A DNA stretch of 59,216 nucleotides from Candidatus Caldarchaeum sp. GTDB lineage: Archaea > Thermoproteota > Nitrososphaeria_A > Caldarchaeales > Caldarchaeaceae. The notes below the pieces were generated by a model. That model did no database searches. It was not told where the DNA came from and saw only the letters and a list, made by a program, of their open reading frames with translations. This document shows, piece after piece, positions 8,913 through 18,810 of the stretch (position 1 is its first letter; the number at the start of each line of letters is the position of its first letter). The position numbers and the translations under genes are program-made. The stretch is taken from positions 1 to 59,216 of the forward strand of contig JAWBRA010000010.1 in assembly GCA_038844785.1 (NCBI GenBank). The letters are read 5' to 3'.

Positions 8913-9740
8913 TCATGCAATTCTTTCCAGTAAGCTGTACACCCGTTCATAATGTTTTGCGAGCTTTCTTCTCTCTGCAGCAAGCCTACGGTATGTTTTC
9001 AAGATTTCTGCCGAGCCTCTTCCCTCCATTTTTTTCATGAGTTTTTTGACGTCTGACAGCGCTTTCGCAGTGTAGGGGTTTGAGGTTATTATTTCGTTGA
9101 TGACGTTAGGTTTTTCAGAGAACATCGTCGAAGCCGCGAGCATGAATGCCCTCTGACTCGTGGTCAAAACATCCACCTTTTTTCTCCGCCAGCATTCGAG
9201 CAGCGAAAGCATCAAAATACGTGGAACAGCCATAGCATAAGCCATAACCCTGTCATGCTCCTCAGGTGTCATCAAAACAACCTTGCACGGCTTGAAGATT
9301 TTCCTCGCCTCCGCCGCTTCTTCAACAGGTCTCCGAAAAGTAGTCACCACAACTGTTTTGTCGGCAAGCTTTCTCGCCCCAGGGCCGAAGAGGGGATGCG
9401 TCAACACTATCAGCCCGCGGTTCTTTGGCAGACGTTTGACAGAGCGTAGGACAGGTGTTTTAACCGATGAGATGTCGACGATTGTTTTCCCGCTATGGCG
9501 TGAGACGATTTCACGTATTATCTTGCCTGCGTTTTTTGAGCCTACAGCAACAACGACCGTCGAGGCGTTTGAAACGGCGTCGTCTAGGCTTTTGGCTGGC
9601 GTGAACCTCTGGACCGCCCGCCTCGTCTTAGCCGGGTTTATGTCGTATATTTTGACGGCGTGGCCCCTACTCGCTAGGTGTTCAGCCATCCATAAACCCA
9701 TCGGCCCCGCTCCCACAACAGCAGCCTGAAAGCCAGCCAC
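8913..9740 (-). CDS. tyrA: Prephenate/arogenate dehydrogenase
   Basis: GAGPMG Rossmann motif, DISSVK, HPLFGP, EEHDRVMA. Confidence 0.9.
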   Translation of the reverse strand: MAGFQAAVVGAGPMGLWMAEHLASRGHAVKIYDINPAKTRRAVQRFTPAKSLDDAVSNASTVVVAVGSKNAGKIIREIVSRHSGKTIVDISSVKTPVLRSVKRLPKNRGLIVLTHPLFGPGARKLADKTVVVTTFRRPVEEAAEARKIFKPCKVVLMTPEEHDRVMAYAMAVPRILMLSLLECWRRKKVDVLTTSQRAFMLAASTMFSEKPNVINEIITSNPYTAKALSDVKKLMKKMEGRGSAEILKTYRRLAAERRKLAKHYERVYSLLERIA

Positions 9741-11137
9741 TACGCCGGCCCCTTCTCAGCCAAAAACTCGCCCAAAAGCCTAATACCCTTGATGATCGAC
9801 TCCTCGGATGCGCCAAGCGAGATCCTGATGAATTCGTCGTAGCCGCCGAAGATCGAGCCGGGGGCGACAGCCACTCCCTTAGACTCGAGAAGGTCGAAGG
9901 CCAGCTTCATGCCGTCAGCTCCGCCAGTGTTTACTCTCGGAAAAACATACATGCCTCCGTCAGGCCTGTAGAAGGACGCTCCTATTTTCTCCAGCTCTCT
10001 GACGGCCGCATCCATCCTTCGCATCATTATGTCTGCATACAGTCTTGGAGCGTCTTTGAGGCTTAAGGCCTTCAAAGCACCGTGCTGGACAAACTCTGGA
10101 ACACAGGTAATGACAAGACCTAGAACAGAAGCCATCTTCGAGATAATGTTTTCATCCGCGACAATGTATCCAACCCTGTACCCTGTCATTCCAAAGCTCT
10201 TCGAAAAAGATTGTATCAAAACAAATTTTTCAGCTTCCTCCTCCAGCACGCTCACATGATTTCCTCGTGTGTAGTCGGCGTAGACCTCGTCGCTGACGAC
10301 TGTTAGGTTGTTGTCTCCGGCCACGTCGACGATTTTTGAAAAGGTTTTTCTGTCAAGCATTTTTCCCGTCGGGTTGTTGGGATAGTTAAGGAGGATGGCT
10401 TTTGTAGACTTGCTTATCCTTTCCTCAACCATGTCTGGGGCCGGGGTCCAGCCGTCTTCAAGCCATGTGCGGACAGCCACAGCCCTGGCTCCTACAAAGC
10501 TCGCACACTGTCTGTACATCGGCCAGGATGGGTCAATTATGATTATTTCATCGCCTTCCGAGAGCAGCGTTTTCATCGTGAGATATATGGCGAACCTTCC
10601 GCCCGGCGTGACTAAAAGGTTGTCAGGCTTCGCCTCATAACCATACCTTTCACGGATGTGTTTGGCCAAGGCAGCTCTCAGCTCGGGAATGCCTCTTGAA
10701 TCTACGTATCTTGCAAAGCCGTCGGCAACTGCTTTGGCAACAGCCTCGCGAACCTGCTGGGGAGCGCCGAAATCCGGCTCTCCGACCTCAAGCCTCAGCA
10801 CCTCACGACCGTTTCTCTGCATCTCGACAGCTTTTCTCAGAATGTCCATGTGCGTCAGCTGTCTCGATGGCTTGGACTGCATCTCGACAGAGTCTGAAAG
10901 TATCACCGTAGCAAGACGGTTGACTGTTTCAGCGGGGATGCCATGTTTCACTGCCTCGTCAAGCATGGCCTGCCGGACCGCTGCCTCGACATCGGGCTGT
11001 TCTGTGTCAAGCTTTGCTGAACGCTTTATCTCCGCTATCCTCGAAACCACATCCCTTCTAGCAGCCAGCATACGGACTATTTCTACGGCCAGCTGCCTAG
11101 CCTCGCTCCTCAGCCGCTCAAGCTCCGCAGCATGCAT
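9740..11137 (-). CDS. AroQ chorismate mutase-like domain fused to a class I PLP aminotransferase
   Basis: N-terminal ~90-aa helical CM_2-like domain; then LEVGEPDF, NYPNNPTG, SDEVY, SFSKSFGMTGYRVG. Confidence 0.88.
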   Translation of the reverse strand: MHAAELERLRSEARQLAVEIVRMLAARRDVVSRIAEIKRSAKLDTEQPDVEAAVRQAMLDEAVKHGIPAETVNRLATVILSDSVEMQSKPSRQLTHMDILRKAVEMQRNGREVLRLEVGEPDFGAPQQVREAVAKAVADGFARYVDSRGIPELRAALAKHIRERYGYEAKPDNLLVTPGGRFAIYLTMKTLLSEGDEIIIIDPSWPMYRQCASFVGARAVAVRTWLEDGWTPAPDMVEERISKSTKAILLNYPNNPTGKMLDRKTFSKIVDVAGDNNLTVVSDEVYADYTRGNHVSVLEEEAEKFVLIQSFSKSFGMTGYRVGYIVADENIISKMASVLGLVITCVPEFVQHGALKALSLKDAPRLYADIMMRRMDAAVRELEKIGASFYRPDGGMYVFPRVNTGGADGMKLAFDLLESKGVAVAPGSIFGGYDEFIRISLGASEESIIKGIRLLGEFLAEKGPA

Positions 11138-11270
11138 CTTGGCGTCTTTTCTTACAGGCTGAAGTATTTAAGCAATACCGCGTGTCAGACAACATCCCTC
11201 GGCATTTGGTTAAGGGCCCTCCGCCGTTAAGTTTTTACCATAGCTTTCTTAGACAGTTGGGGGCTGTGCT

Positions 11271-11588
11271 ATGACGCAGACGGTTCGGATAAAAATCACA
11301 AGCACAAACCTCGTCAAGCTTGAGCAAGTGTGCCGCGAGATAAAGGAGATAGCTGAGAAGACAGGTACGCGCATAGCTGGGCCCGTCCCGCTTCCTGTCA
11401 GACGCTTAATCCTTCCAACGCGAAAATCACCCTGCGGAGAGGGAACGAAGACTTGGAGAAAGCATCAGATGCGTATACACCGTAGGTTGATAGACTTGGG
11501 AATAACGGACCAGAGAGTTATGAGACAAATAATGAGGATTCAGATACCTGATGACGTGGCCATAGAGATGCAGATGACCGCCCGCTAG
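11271..11588 (+). CDS. rpsJ: 30S ribosomal protein S10 (uS10)
   Basis: GPVPLP, TRKSPCGEG, MRIHRRLID. Confidence 0.97.
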   Translation: MTQTVRIKITSTNLVKLEQVCREIKEIAEKTGTRIAGPVPLPVRRLILPTRKSPCGEGTKTWRKHQMRIHRRLIDLGITDQRVMRQIMRIQIPDDVAIEMQMTAR

Positions 11589-12880
11589 CCGCTCTCAGTT
11601 ATTTCCTTCACGACGCCTGCAGCAACGGTCATACCGCTGTCTCTTACGGCAAACCTACCCAGCTCAGGCGAGATGCTGGCAGGCTCGAGCGCCACAGGGT
11701 TTATCGGCCGCAGCCTCACAACTGCAACGTCGCCTGTCTTGATGAACGACGGGTTCTTCTCGGTAACCTGCCCAGTTCTCGGGTCCATCTTCTGTATCAG
11801 CTCCACAAACTTTACCGCGGTCTGCGCTGTGTGTATGTGGAGAACTGGCGTGTAACCGGCTGCTATCGCTGTCGGATGGTATATGACGTAGATCTGCCCT
11901 ATGAACTCTTTGGCTACTGGAACCGGGGTGTCAGGCTTTGTGACAACCATTCCTCTGGACAGCTGGCTCTTCTCAACTCCTTTGAGCGCGAACCCTATGT
12001 TGTCGCCTGGGATGGCCTGCTGAAGAGGTTGGTGATGCATCTCGATGGACTTGACCTCAGCTTTCAGCCCTCCAGGATATATCGCTACGATGTCGCCTGG
12101 CTTAAGTACGCCTTGCTCAACCCTTCCCACCGGAACGGTTCCAACACCCTTTATCGAGTAAACGCCTTGAATAGGTATTCTGAGAGGCTTGTCTATGGGT
12201 TTGGGCGGCTCCTGAAGCAGGTCGAGGGCCTCTAGAAGGGTCGGACCCGTGTACCAGGGTAGGTTCTTGCTTTTTTCAGTCAGGTTGTCTCCCAGCCACC
12301 CTGAAACAGGTATGAAGTTGATCTTGCTTATGTCGTATCCTATGGTTTTCAGAAGGTCTCCAGACATCTGCTTGACCTCGTCGTATCTCTCTTTGGCCCA
12401 GTTTACTGAGGCGTCATCCATCTTGTTTATCAGCACGATAAGCTGTTTTATGCCTAGGACGAAAGAGAGGTATGCGTGTTCGCGGGTCTGGCCTCCGGGG
12501 GCTATGCCTACCTCTGCCTCGCCCTTCTTAGCCGATACAACCAGTAAGGCTGCGTCAGCCTGGCTCGCGCCCGTTATCATGTTCTTGACGAAGTCCCTGT
12601 GTCCGGGGGCGTCGATGAGCGTGAAATAATACTTCTTCGTCTCAAACTTTTGGAAGGCCAGGTCTATCGTCAGCCCTCTCTCCCTCTCCTCCTTAATCCT
12701 GTCCAGGATCCACGCGAACTTGAAGCTCTCCTTCCCCATCTTCTTGGCCTCCTCCTCGTAGGTTTTGAGCGTCCTCTCGTCGATGGCGCCTATCTTGTAG
12801 AGGAAATGCCCCATCGTAGTGGATTTGCCGTGGTCGACATGCCCTATCACCACAAGGTTCAGATGCGGTTTTGCCGACAT
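11585..12880 (-). CDS. tuf: Translation elongation factor 1-alpha
   Basis: GHVDHGKST, DAPGHRDFVKNMITGASQAD, NKMD; archaeal-type sequence. Confidence 0.98.
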   Translation of the reverse strand: MSAKPHLNLVVIGHVDHGKSTTMGHFLYKIGAIDERTLKTYEEEAKKMGKESFKFAWILDRIKEERERGLTIDLAFQKFETKKYYFTLIDAPGHRDFVKNMITGASQADAALLVVSAKKGEAEVGIAPGGQTREHAYLSFVLGIKQLIVLINKMDDASVNWAKERYDEVKQMSGDLLKTIGYDISKINFIPVSGWLGDNLTEKSKNLPWYTGPTLLEALDLLQEPPKPIDKPLRIPIQGVYSIKGVGTVPVGRVEQGVLKPGDIVAIYPGGLKAEVKSIEMHHQPLQQAIPGDNIGFALKGVEKSQLSRGMVVTKPDTPVPVAKEFIGQIYVIYHPTAIAAGYTPVLHIHTAQTAVKFVELIQKMDPRTGQVTEKNPSFIKTGDVAVVRLRPINPVALEPASISPELGRFAVRDSGMTVAAGVVKEITESG

Positions 12881-13035
12881 TACAAATAAAGCTATAATCC
12901 CTTCATATATAGGTTAGTTTGCGGGTTGCCCGCTTGCTGTAAGGGCTAAACGGTTAAAGCTCGGGAAAACTATAAACCTTGGTTGAGCGGCGGCGGGGAA
13001 GGTTTAGACAATTATCGGCAGAAATCAATCCGCTT

Positions 13036-14439
13036 TCAAACAGTTTTCAGCAGGTCTATTTTTACGTCTGCTTTTGCTAGTATGCGTTCGAGGTGTTTGT
13101 TGGCGTTTTTTATGACTTCGTCCTCGTCCAGAGTGAGGGCTTGTTTGTTTCTGACGACAAACCTGCCGTCGACCATGACGTCGCGGACATCCTCGCCCGA
13201 AGCTGCGTAAACCAGCAGGGATAACGGGTTTGATAACGGTGTTACGGAAGGCCTCTTCAAGCTGACTATCACTATGTCTGCTTTCTTGCCGGGTTCGAGG
13301 CTTCCCAGCTGGCTTAGCTTGCCCATCGCCCGTGCTCCGTTACGTGTAGCCATCTCCAGAACATCCCAGGCGGATATGGCGTTGGGGTCAAGGGTTCGAG
13401 CCTTCTGCAGCAAGGCGGCGATCTTCATCTCTCTTATCATGTCGTAGCTGTCGTTGCTCGGCCCGCCGTCGCATCCAAGGCCTACGTTAACGCCGTAGCG
13501 TAGCATGTCGGAGACAGGAGCTATGCCGGAGCCGAGCTTCATGTTTGACGAGGGGCAGTGGGCTACCGACGTCCCTGTAGCCGCAAACTTACGCATGTCC
13601 TCCTCGTCCAACCATACACAGTGGGCGTAAACGTGTTTTTCGCCGAGCATGTTGAATTTTTCAAGAAATCCAGAAACTCCTGTGCCGTAGGCTTTTCTAT
13701 AGTATTCGAGGTCTTCTCTGACTTCTGCGACATGGTTTGTAATTCCTGTGTCATACTCTTTTGCTAGGGCCGCTGCTTCATGGTACAGGTTGTCGGAAAC
13801 TGCTCCGGCGCTTCTCAGCCCCAGCCACACATCTATCCTCCCATCTGCCTTGCCAGCCCATCGTCTATGCATCTCCTTAAACTCTTTTATGCATGCTTCA
13901 CCATCTTCAACCATGCCGGGAGGAAGAATGTCTTCAGAGGTTGCGTAGCCCTTCATATCCATTATCGACTTCGACAGAACACCTCTTATGCCAGATTTTT
14001 CCACCAGCTCCGCTATGCCGTTAAACCCATAGCGTGTGTGTAAGTGTATCTCGATGAAGGAGGTTGTCCCCGTCTTAAGCATCTCCAGGATGCATAGGGC
14101 TGCGCTGGCCTTTGCATCCTCACTGTCGTAAACACATAGGAAACGCCACACCCAGTCCCTTAGCCACGGTATTAGAGTCAGGTTGTCTGGGACCACGCCG
14201 CGGAGAAGCGCTTGAGCTAGGTGAACATGCGTGTCCACAAGCCCGGGAATTATTACACAGTTTTCCGCGTCTACAACCTCTGCTCCGGCGGAGTGCGGCA
14301 TTACCTGCTCCCGTGGTCCAACCATCTCGATTCTGTCGTCAGCAACTAGGACGCAGCCGTCTCTGATTATTCGTCTCTGTCCGTCAACGGGTATGACGAA
14401 CCCTCCTTTTATGAGATATCTGCCCAAATCGTTCGGCAA
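13036..14439 (-). CDS. Amidohydrolase of the MTA/SAH/5'-deoxyadenosine deaminase group
   Basis: DTHVH, HVAE, AHCVW, HCPSSNMKLGSG, GCDG.PSN. Confidence 0.85.
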   Translation of the reverse strand: MPNDLGRYLIKGGFVIPVDGQRRIIRDGCVLVADDRIEMVGPREQVMPHSAGAEVVDAENCVIIPGLVDTHVHLAQALLRGVVPDNLTLIPWLRDWVWRFLCVYDSEDAKASAALCILEMLKTGTTSFIEIHLHTRYGFNGIAELVEKSGIRGVLSKSIMDMKGYATSEDILPPGMVEDGEACIKEFKEMHRRWAGKADGRIDVWLGLRSAGAVSDNLYHEAAALAKEYDTGITNHVAEVREDLEYYRKAYGTGVSGFLEKFNMLGEKHVYAHCVWLDEEDMRKFAATGTSVAHCPSSNMKLGSGIAPVSDMLRYGVNVGLGCDGGPSNDSYDMIREMKIAALLQKARTLDPNAISAWDVLEMATRNGARAMGKLSQLGSLEPGKKADIVIVSLKRPSVTPLSNPLSLLVYAASGEDVRDVMVDGRFVVRNKQALTLDEDEVIKNANKHLERILAKADVKIDLLKTV

Positions 14440-14517
14440 AGCTTAATGCAGAATAATTAAGCTTTTCATAAATGGAGGCACGTCAACGTTTTTTATCGCG
14501 AATGGGTTTGAACACCG

Positions 14518-15489
14518 ATGGCGCAGGTAGAGGTTGTTGTGGTTGGCAGCATCCACGCCGACTTGGTTGTGAAGTTGAGCAGGATACCGAGACGTGGTGA
14601 GACGGTTATAGGGGGGAGCTTTCAAATATTTTCCGGGGGAAAAGGCGCTAACCAAGCCGTCGCCGCATCAAGGCTGGGTGTGAAAACCTCTATCGTCGGA
14701 CGGGTTGGGAATGATTTGTTCGGCTCGATGCTGGTTGACAGGCTGGAGAGGGAACGTGTTTTGACAAGCCATGTAGTCAGAGATTCCGAGGCCCACACCG
14801 GTGTTGCTTTGATTATGGTTGACCAGCGTGGCAGCAACCTGATAGCAGTCGCTTCCGGGGCTGACGAACGTCTTTCTCCAGCCGATGTTGAAAACGCTAA
14901 AGAAGAGATAGCCTCAGCCAAGCTTCTGCTGCTTCAGCTGGAGATCCCTCTCCAAACCGTTGAGCATGCAGTTAACCTGGCTTTTCAATCGGGCGTGAAG
15001 GTTTTGTTAAACCCTGCGCCGGCTAGGCCTTTGTCCAGGAACGTTCTGGAGAAGGTTGATGTTCTTGTGCCCAACGCTTTGGAGGCTTCGTATCTGACCG
15101 GTGTTGAGGTGCGAGGCGTACGTTCAGCTGTCTCCGCGGGCAAGAAACTACTCAGAAGAGGTGTTAAAAACGTTTTAATAACTTTGGGGGCTAAAGGTGT
15201 CGTGCTTGTGGCTGAGAGGGAAACACTTCATCTGAAAGGGGTGAAAGTGAAGGCTGTTGACACCACCGGCGCTGGAGATGCTTTCTGCGGAGCCTTAGCC
15301 TACGCCCTGTCGAGAAACATGAGGATTCACGAGGCGGCAGAGCTGGCCAACATATCTGCGGCTCTAGCCACTACAAAGCTTGGAGCCCAAGAAGCCATGC
15401 CGACCTTCGACGAACTTTACGAGTTCATAAACTCGAACAAAAAGGTTAGGAACCTTGGCGGATGGCTTAGAAGACAGGAGACGGGTTAG
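14518..15489 (+). CDS. rbsK: Ribokinase
   Basis: GGKGANQAVAA, LQLEIP, NPAPA, DTTGAGDAF. Confidence 0.92.
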   Translation: MAQVEVVVVGSIHADLVVKLSRIPRRGETVIGGSFQIFSGGKGANQAVAASRLGVKTSIVGRVGNDLFGSMLVDRLERERVLTSHVVRDSEAHTGVALIMVDQRGSNLIAVASGADERLSPADVENAKEEIASAKLLLLQLEIPLQTVEHAVNLAFQSGVKVLLNPAPARPLSRNVLEKVDVLVPNALEASYLTGVEVRGVRSAVSAGKKLLRRGVKNVLITLGAKGVVLVAERETLHLKGVKVKAVDTTGAGDAFCGALAYALSRNMRIHEAAELANISAALATTKLGAQEAMPTFDELYEFINSNKKVRNLGGWLRRQETG

Positions 15490-16312
15490 ATGAGCGCCTG
15501 CAGCCCAGAAGTCGTTTAAGCTCTTCCACAGCCTCATCTAACGTAAGCATGTTAAGGTTGTATCCATGTTCTCTTAAGCCTTGGGCCAGCTGAACAGTCT
15601 GGGGTGGTTTTATTGAAGCGCTGGCCAGAAGCTCAACGTTGGACATGATCTCTCTTGTAGGACCGTCTGCAACTATTTTTCCGTCGACCATTACAACGGT
15701 CCGAGCAGCCGTCTCAGCAACAAACCTCATGTCATGGGTTATCACCACCACGGTCTTCCCTATTCGATTTAGTTGTCTGACTATTTCCGCAACCCTTCTC
15801 CTCGCCCTGTGGTCCTGGCCTGTCGTCGGCTCGTCTAGCACAAATGCTTCAGGATCAGCTGCTATGGCTGACGCAATCGTCAAGAGCTTCATCTGCCCGT
15901 AATCTAAGTCGTATGGATGGGTCTTAGGGTTTACTGAGAGGCCGACAATCTCTAAAGCTTTAGCAACTCTTTCGTCAACCAAGGGTTTTGGCAGGCCTTG
16001 CTGTAAAGGCCCGTATGCAACCTCATCGTAGACCGTGCTCATGAATATTTGATGGGATGGGTTTTGGAATACGTACGCCACTATAGACGCCAAAACGTGG
16101 ATGGGTGTTTCCTTGGTGTTGTATCCTTTCACGTAAACCTCGCCTTTTGAGGGTTTGAGGAGGCCGTTAAAATGCTTGGCTAGGGTTGTTTTCCCGCCTC
16201 CGTTCTGCCCTATTATCGCCACAGTCTCGCCTGCATCTATGTTCAGGCTTACTCCCTTAAGGGCTGCGACATCGCTGTTATACCAATACCATACGTCGGA
16301 AACCTGTATCAA
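15467..16312 (-). CDS. ecfA2: ECF transporter ATPase (A')
   Basis: GQNGGGKTT, VFQNP, LDEPT, HD. Likely start is TTG 16312, overlapping the upstream stop. Confidence 0.88.
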   Translation of the reverse strand: MIQVSDVWYWYNSDVAALKGVSLNIDAGETVAIIGQNGGGKTTLAKHFNGLLKPSKGEVYVKGYNTKETPIHVLASIVAYVFQNPSHQIFMSTVYDEVAYGPLQQGLPKPLVDERVAKALEIVGLSVNPKTHPYDLDYGQMKLLTIASAIAADPEAFVLDEPTTGQDHRARRRVAEIVRQLNRIGKTVVVITHDMRFVAETAARTVVMVDGKIVADGPTREIMSNVELLASASIKPPQTVQLAQGLREHGYNLNMLTLDEAVEELKRLLGCRRSSNPSPVF

Positions 16313-17196
16313 ATCTCCCCGCTGCTCTGCAGATGTTCCAGAAACATTTTCAAGGCCTCCTCCACGGTCAGCGGTAGGTCTTCGAGTTGGAGCCCGCATT
16401 CTTCATCGATTATGTAGGCCAGCTCCGTGACGGTGGGAGGGTTCACGCCAGCTGATTTGAGAAGCTCCACCTGCTTCAACACGTTTCTTGCAGAGCCTTC
16501 GCAGACTATTCTTCCTTCGTTTAACATTATTATACGGTTCGTTAGCGTGGCCAGCTCCTCAACTTCATGCTCTGCAATGACCATGGTCATTCCGTCCTTG
16601 AGAAGCTCTTTGAGAACGGCGAAAACCTGCTCTTTCCCGAGAGGGTCCAGCTGGGCTGTCGGCTCATCCAACACCATCACCTCAGGCCTCATGGCTAAAA
16701 CCGTGGCTATCGCCAGCCTTTGTTGCTGTCCTCCTGACAGCTCGAAGGGCGACCGGTGCTCAAGACCAAGTAAGCCTACTTTCTCTATAGCCTCTCTCGT
16801 ACGTTCAACTATCACTTCCTTGGAGAAACCTAGCATGGATAGGCCGAAGCTTATCTCGTCTTCTACAGTTAGCGCCAGGCCGGACATCTGTGTTTCAGGC
16901 TCTTGAAAAACAAGCCCAACCTTGGTAGCCAGCTCAGCCACTGTATGTTTGAGTGTGTCCATGCCTGCCACATAGACTCTTCCACGCATTCTTCCTCCGT
17001 AGAAATGGGGAACCAAGCCGTTGAGGGCCTTGCAGAGGGTTGATTTTCCCGAGCCGTTGGGACCTATAATCCCCAAGGCCTCACCTTTAGAGACGGTGAA
17101 GCTGACGTTGTTGAGGACGTTTGGTTTCGAAGGATAGGAATAGCTGAGGCCTTCCACGACCACAGGATTTTTTACCGTGTCAAGAACCGTCTGCAT
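16309..17196 (-). CDS. ecfA1: ECF transporter ATPase (A)
   Basis: GPNGSGKST, LSGGQQQR, LDEPTAQLDP. Confidence 0.9.
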   Translation of the reverse strand: MQTVLDTVKNPVVVEGLSYSYPSKPNVLNNVSFTVSKGEALGIIGPNGSGKSTLCKALNGLVPHFYGGRMRGRVYVAGMDTLKHTVAELATKVGLVFQEPETQMSGLALTVEDEISFGLSMLGFSKEVIVERTREAIEKVGLLGLEHRSPFELSGGQQQRLAIATVLAMRPEVMVLDEPTAQLDPLGKEQVFAVLKELLKDGMTMVIAEHEVEELATLTNRIIMLNEGRIVCEGSARNVLKQVELLKSAGVNPPTVTELAYIIDEECGLQLEDLPLTVEEALKMFLEHLQSSGEI

Positions 17197-17200
17197 ACTT

Positions 17201-18049
17201 CTACCCGGCGAGGAGATATCTGAGGTGGACGAAAGGCGAATATCCTTCGGTCAGGTACAGATATCCCAGCAACGCTGTGGCAGCAGCCATGCATGCGAAA
17301 AACACGTAGTCAACCGTCTTGAATCTTATATCATAGATCACGGTTTTTCTGACCGGTGAGCTGAACCCCCGCGACTCCAGCGCTATGGCCCTTGTCTGAA
17401 CTTTTTCAAGAGAGCCTAGTGTAAGGGGCACGATTAGCAGAAGCAGGTTCCAAACCCTTTTCACGGCGTTTACATCCGTGCGGAGCCCGCGAGCCACCTG
17501 GGCTTGGTAAATGCTTTTCACCTCGTCAACCATCAAGGGTATGAGCTGGAGCGTTGCCGCAACCATGTAGATGAACCGGAAGGGTAGGCGGAGCTTGAAG
17601 AGCATGGCTATGAGCATAGTCTGCTGTGTCGTGAGGTAGAACAGCATGGCCGCCGATATGGTCACGCCTATTCTCAGCGGCCATGTAAACCCCCACGCCA
17701 ATCCCTCAAGATAAACCGGAAGGTCTAGCCCGAGGATGTTAAGCCTGTAAACAACCGTATAGTTCCATGGAAAACCCAGCGGGAGGGAGAGAATAGGCAC
17801 AGCCAAAGCCATCCACGGCACTACAACAAGCGCCAAAGGCAGGCAGACCTGTTTCCCCACCCTGCTGATCAAGGCTAGCAGCAGGTTCGCTGTAAGAAAG
17901 ATGAGGGTTAAGATGTAGTCGTAGAAGATGTATGCGAGAAGCGATATCCAGATAAAGTAGAGGAATTTTGTACGGCTGTCAGCCAAGTGTAGAGGTGTTT
18001 TGCCGGCGAGTACCGATTTTTTTAGGAGAATGTACCCGAGGGCGCTCAG
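17201..18049 (-). CDS. ecfT: ECF transporter T component
   Basis: AQVARG and ALESRGF motifs. Conserved TPLH..DSRTK lies upstream of the tracked start, suggesting a CTG start at 18049. Confidence 0.85.
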   Translation of the reverse strand: MSALGYILLKKSVLAGKTPLHLADSRTKFLYFIWISLLAYIFYDYILTLIFLTANLLLALISRVGKQVCLPLALVVVPWMALAVPILSLPLGFPWNYTVVYRLNILGLDLPVYLEGLAWGFTWPLRIGVTISAAMLFYLTTQQTMLIAMLFKLRLPFRFIYMVAATLQLIPLMVDEVKSIYQAQVARGLRTDVNAVKRVWNLLLLIVPLTLGSLEKVQTRAIALESRGFSSPVRKTVIYDIRFKTVDYVFFACMAAATALLGYLYLTEGYSPFVHLRYLLAG

Positions 18050-18070
18050 GACCCAACACCGGCTGACGGC

Positions 18071-18709
18071 TTACCTCTTCAGCAACACCAGCCGGCGTGG
18101 AACCCTTGAGGCAATAGCTAAAGCCACTACGAATGAGATTATCTTGTCGGGTATTTCTGTGCTTATGGCTTGGACGTAGTTTGCGATGTAGAAGTTGCCT
18201 GTTGAGCTGAGCGTCGCGGCGTAGATGGCTGCTGGAATAGGTTTCCATAGCGGGCCTCCGCCGAAGAATATGATGGACACGGCGGTTGTGAATATGGGGT
18301 ATACGAGGCCGAACAACAGGAAAGCAGGTATCAGTTTTACTGGACGACGTAAGTCAGCCCAGCCCATCTTCACGCATAAAACAGTTATCCCAGCGATAAC
18401 AACGTTAGCAAACCCCCATATCCAGTTGGGCAGCCCCCAGAGCGTGAAAGCCATGATAATGTTGTAGAGGAATCCACCTATGCTGCCGACCCAGAAGCCT
18501 GAAATCAAGGTTCCCAGCATCGTTGCCCAAGTATCGCCCCAGACGGGTGCTTTAAGCAGCTCTACAACAACCCCGCCAACATAGTTCAAAGCTGCGATAG
18601 TAGGTATCATCACGACTGCGAGGATTTTCGCACCTGTTGGGACAACCTCAACCTCACCGCCTGGCTCCTGCTTTTTCTCAGCCAAGAACCATAACCACCC
18701 CTCATCCAT
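18071..18709 (-). CDS. ECF transporter substrate-specific S component
   Basis: ~6 TM segments, LK.P.WGD...T...G...G pattern, terminal PDK; first gene of the ECF operon. Confidence 0.82.
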   Translation of the reverse strand: MDEGWLWFLAEKKQEPGGEVEVVPTGAKILAVVMIPTIAALNYVGGVVVELLKAPVWGDTWATMLGTLISGFWVGSIGGFLYNIIMAFTLWGLPNWIWGFANVVIAGITVLCVKMGWADLRRPVKLIPAFLLFGLVYPIFTTAVSIIFFGGGPLWKPIPAAIYAATLSSTGNFYIANYVQAISTEIPDKIISFVVALAIASRVPRRLVLLKR

Positions 18710-18810
18710 TTTATGCCTAAAGAAATAGATAAACTTTTAAACAGACTTACAGCATGGGTTTAGCTTCGTCCAGTGTCAAGAGATTTAGGCTAGCGTAATG
18801 ATTTGGAAGT

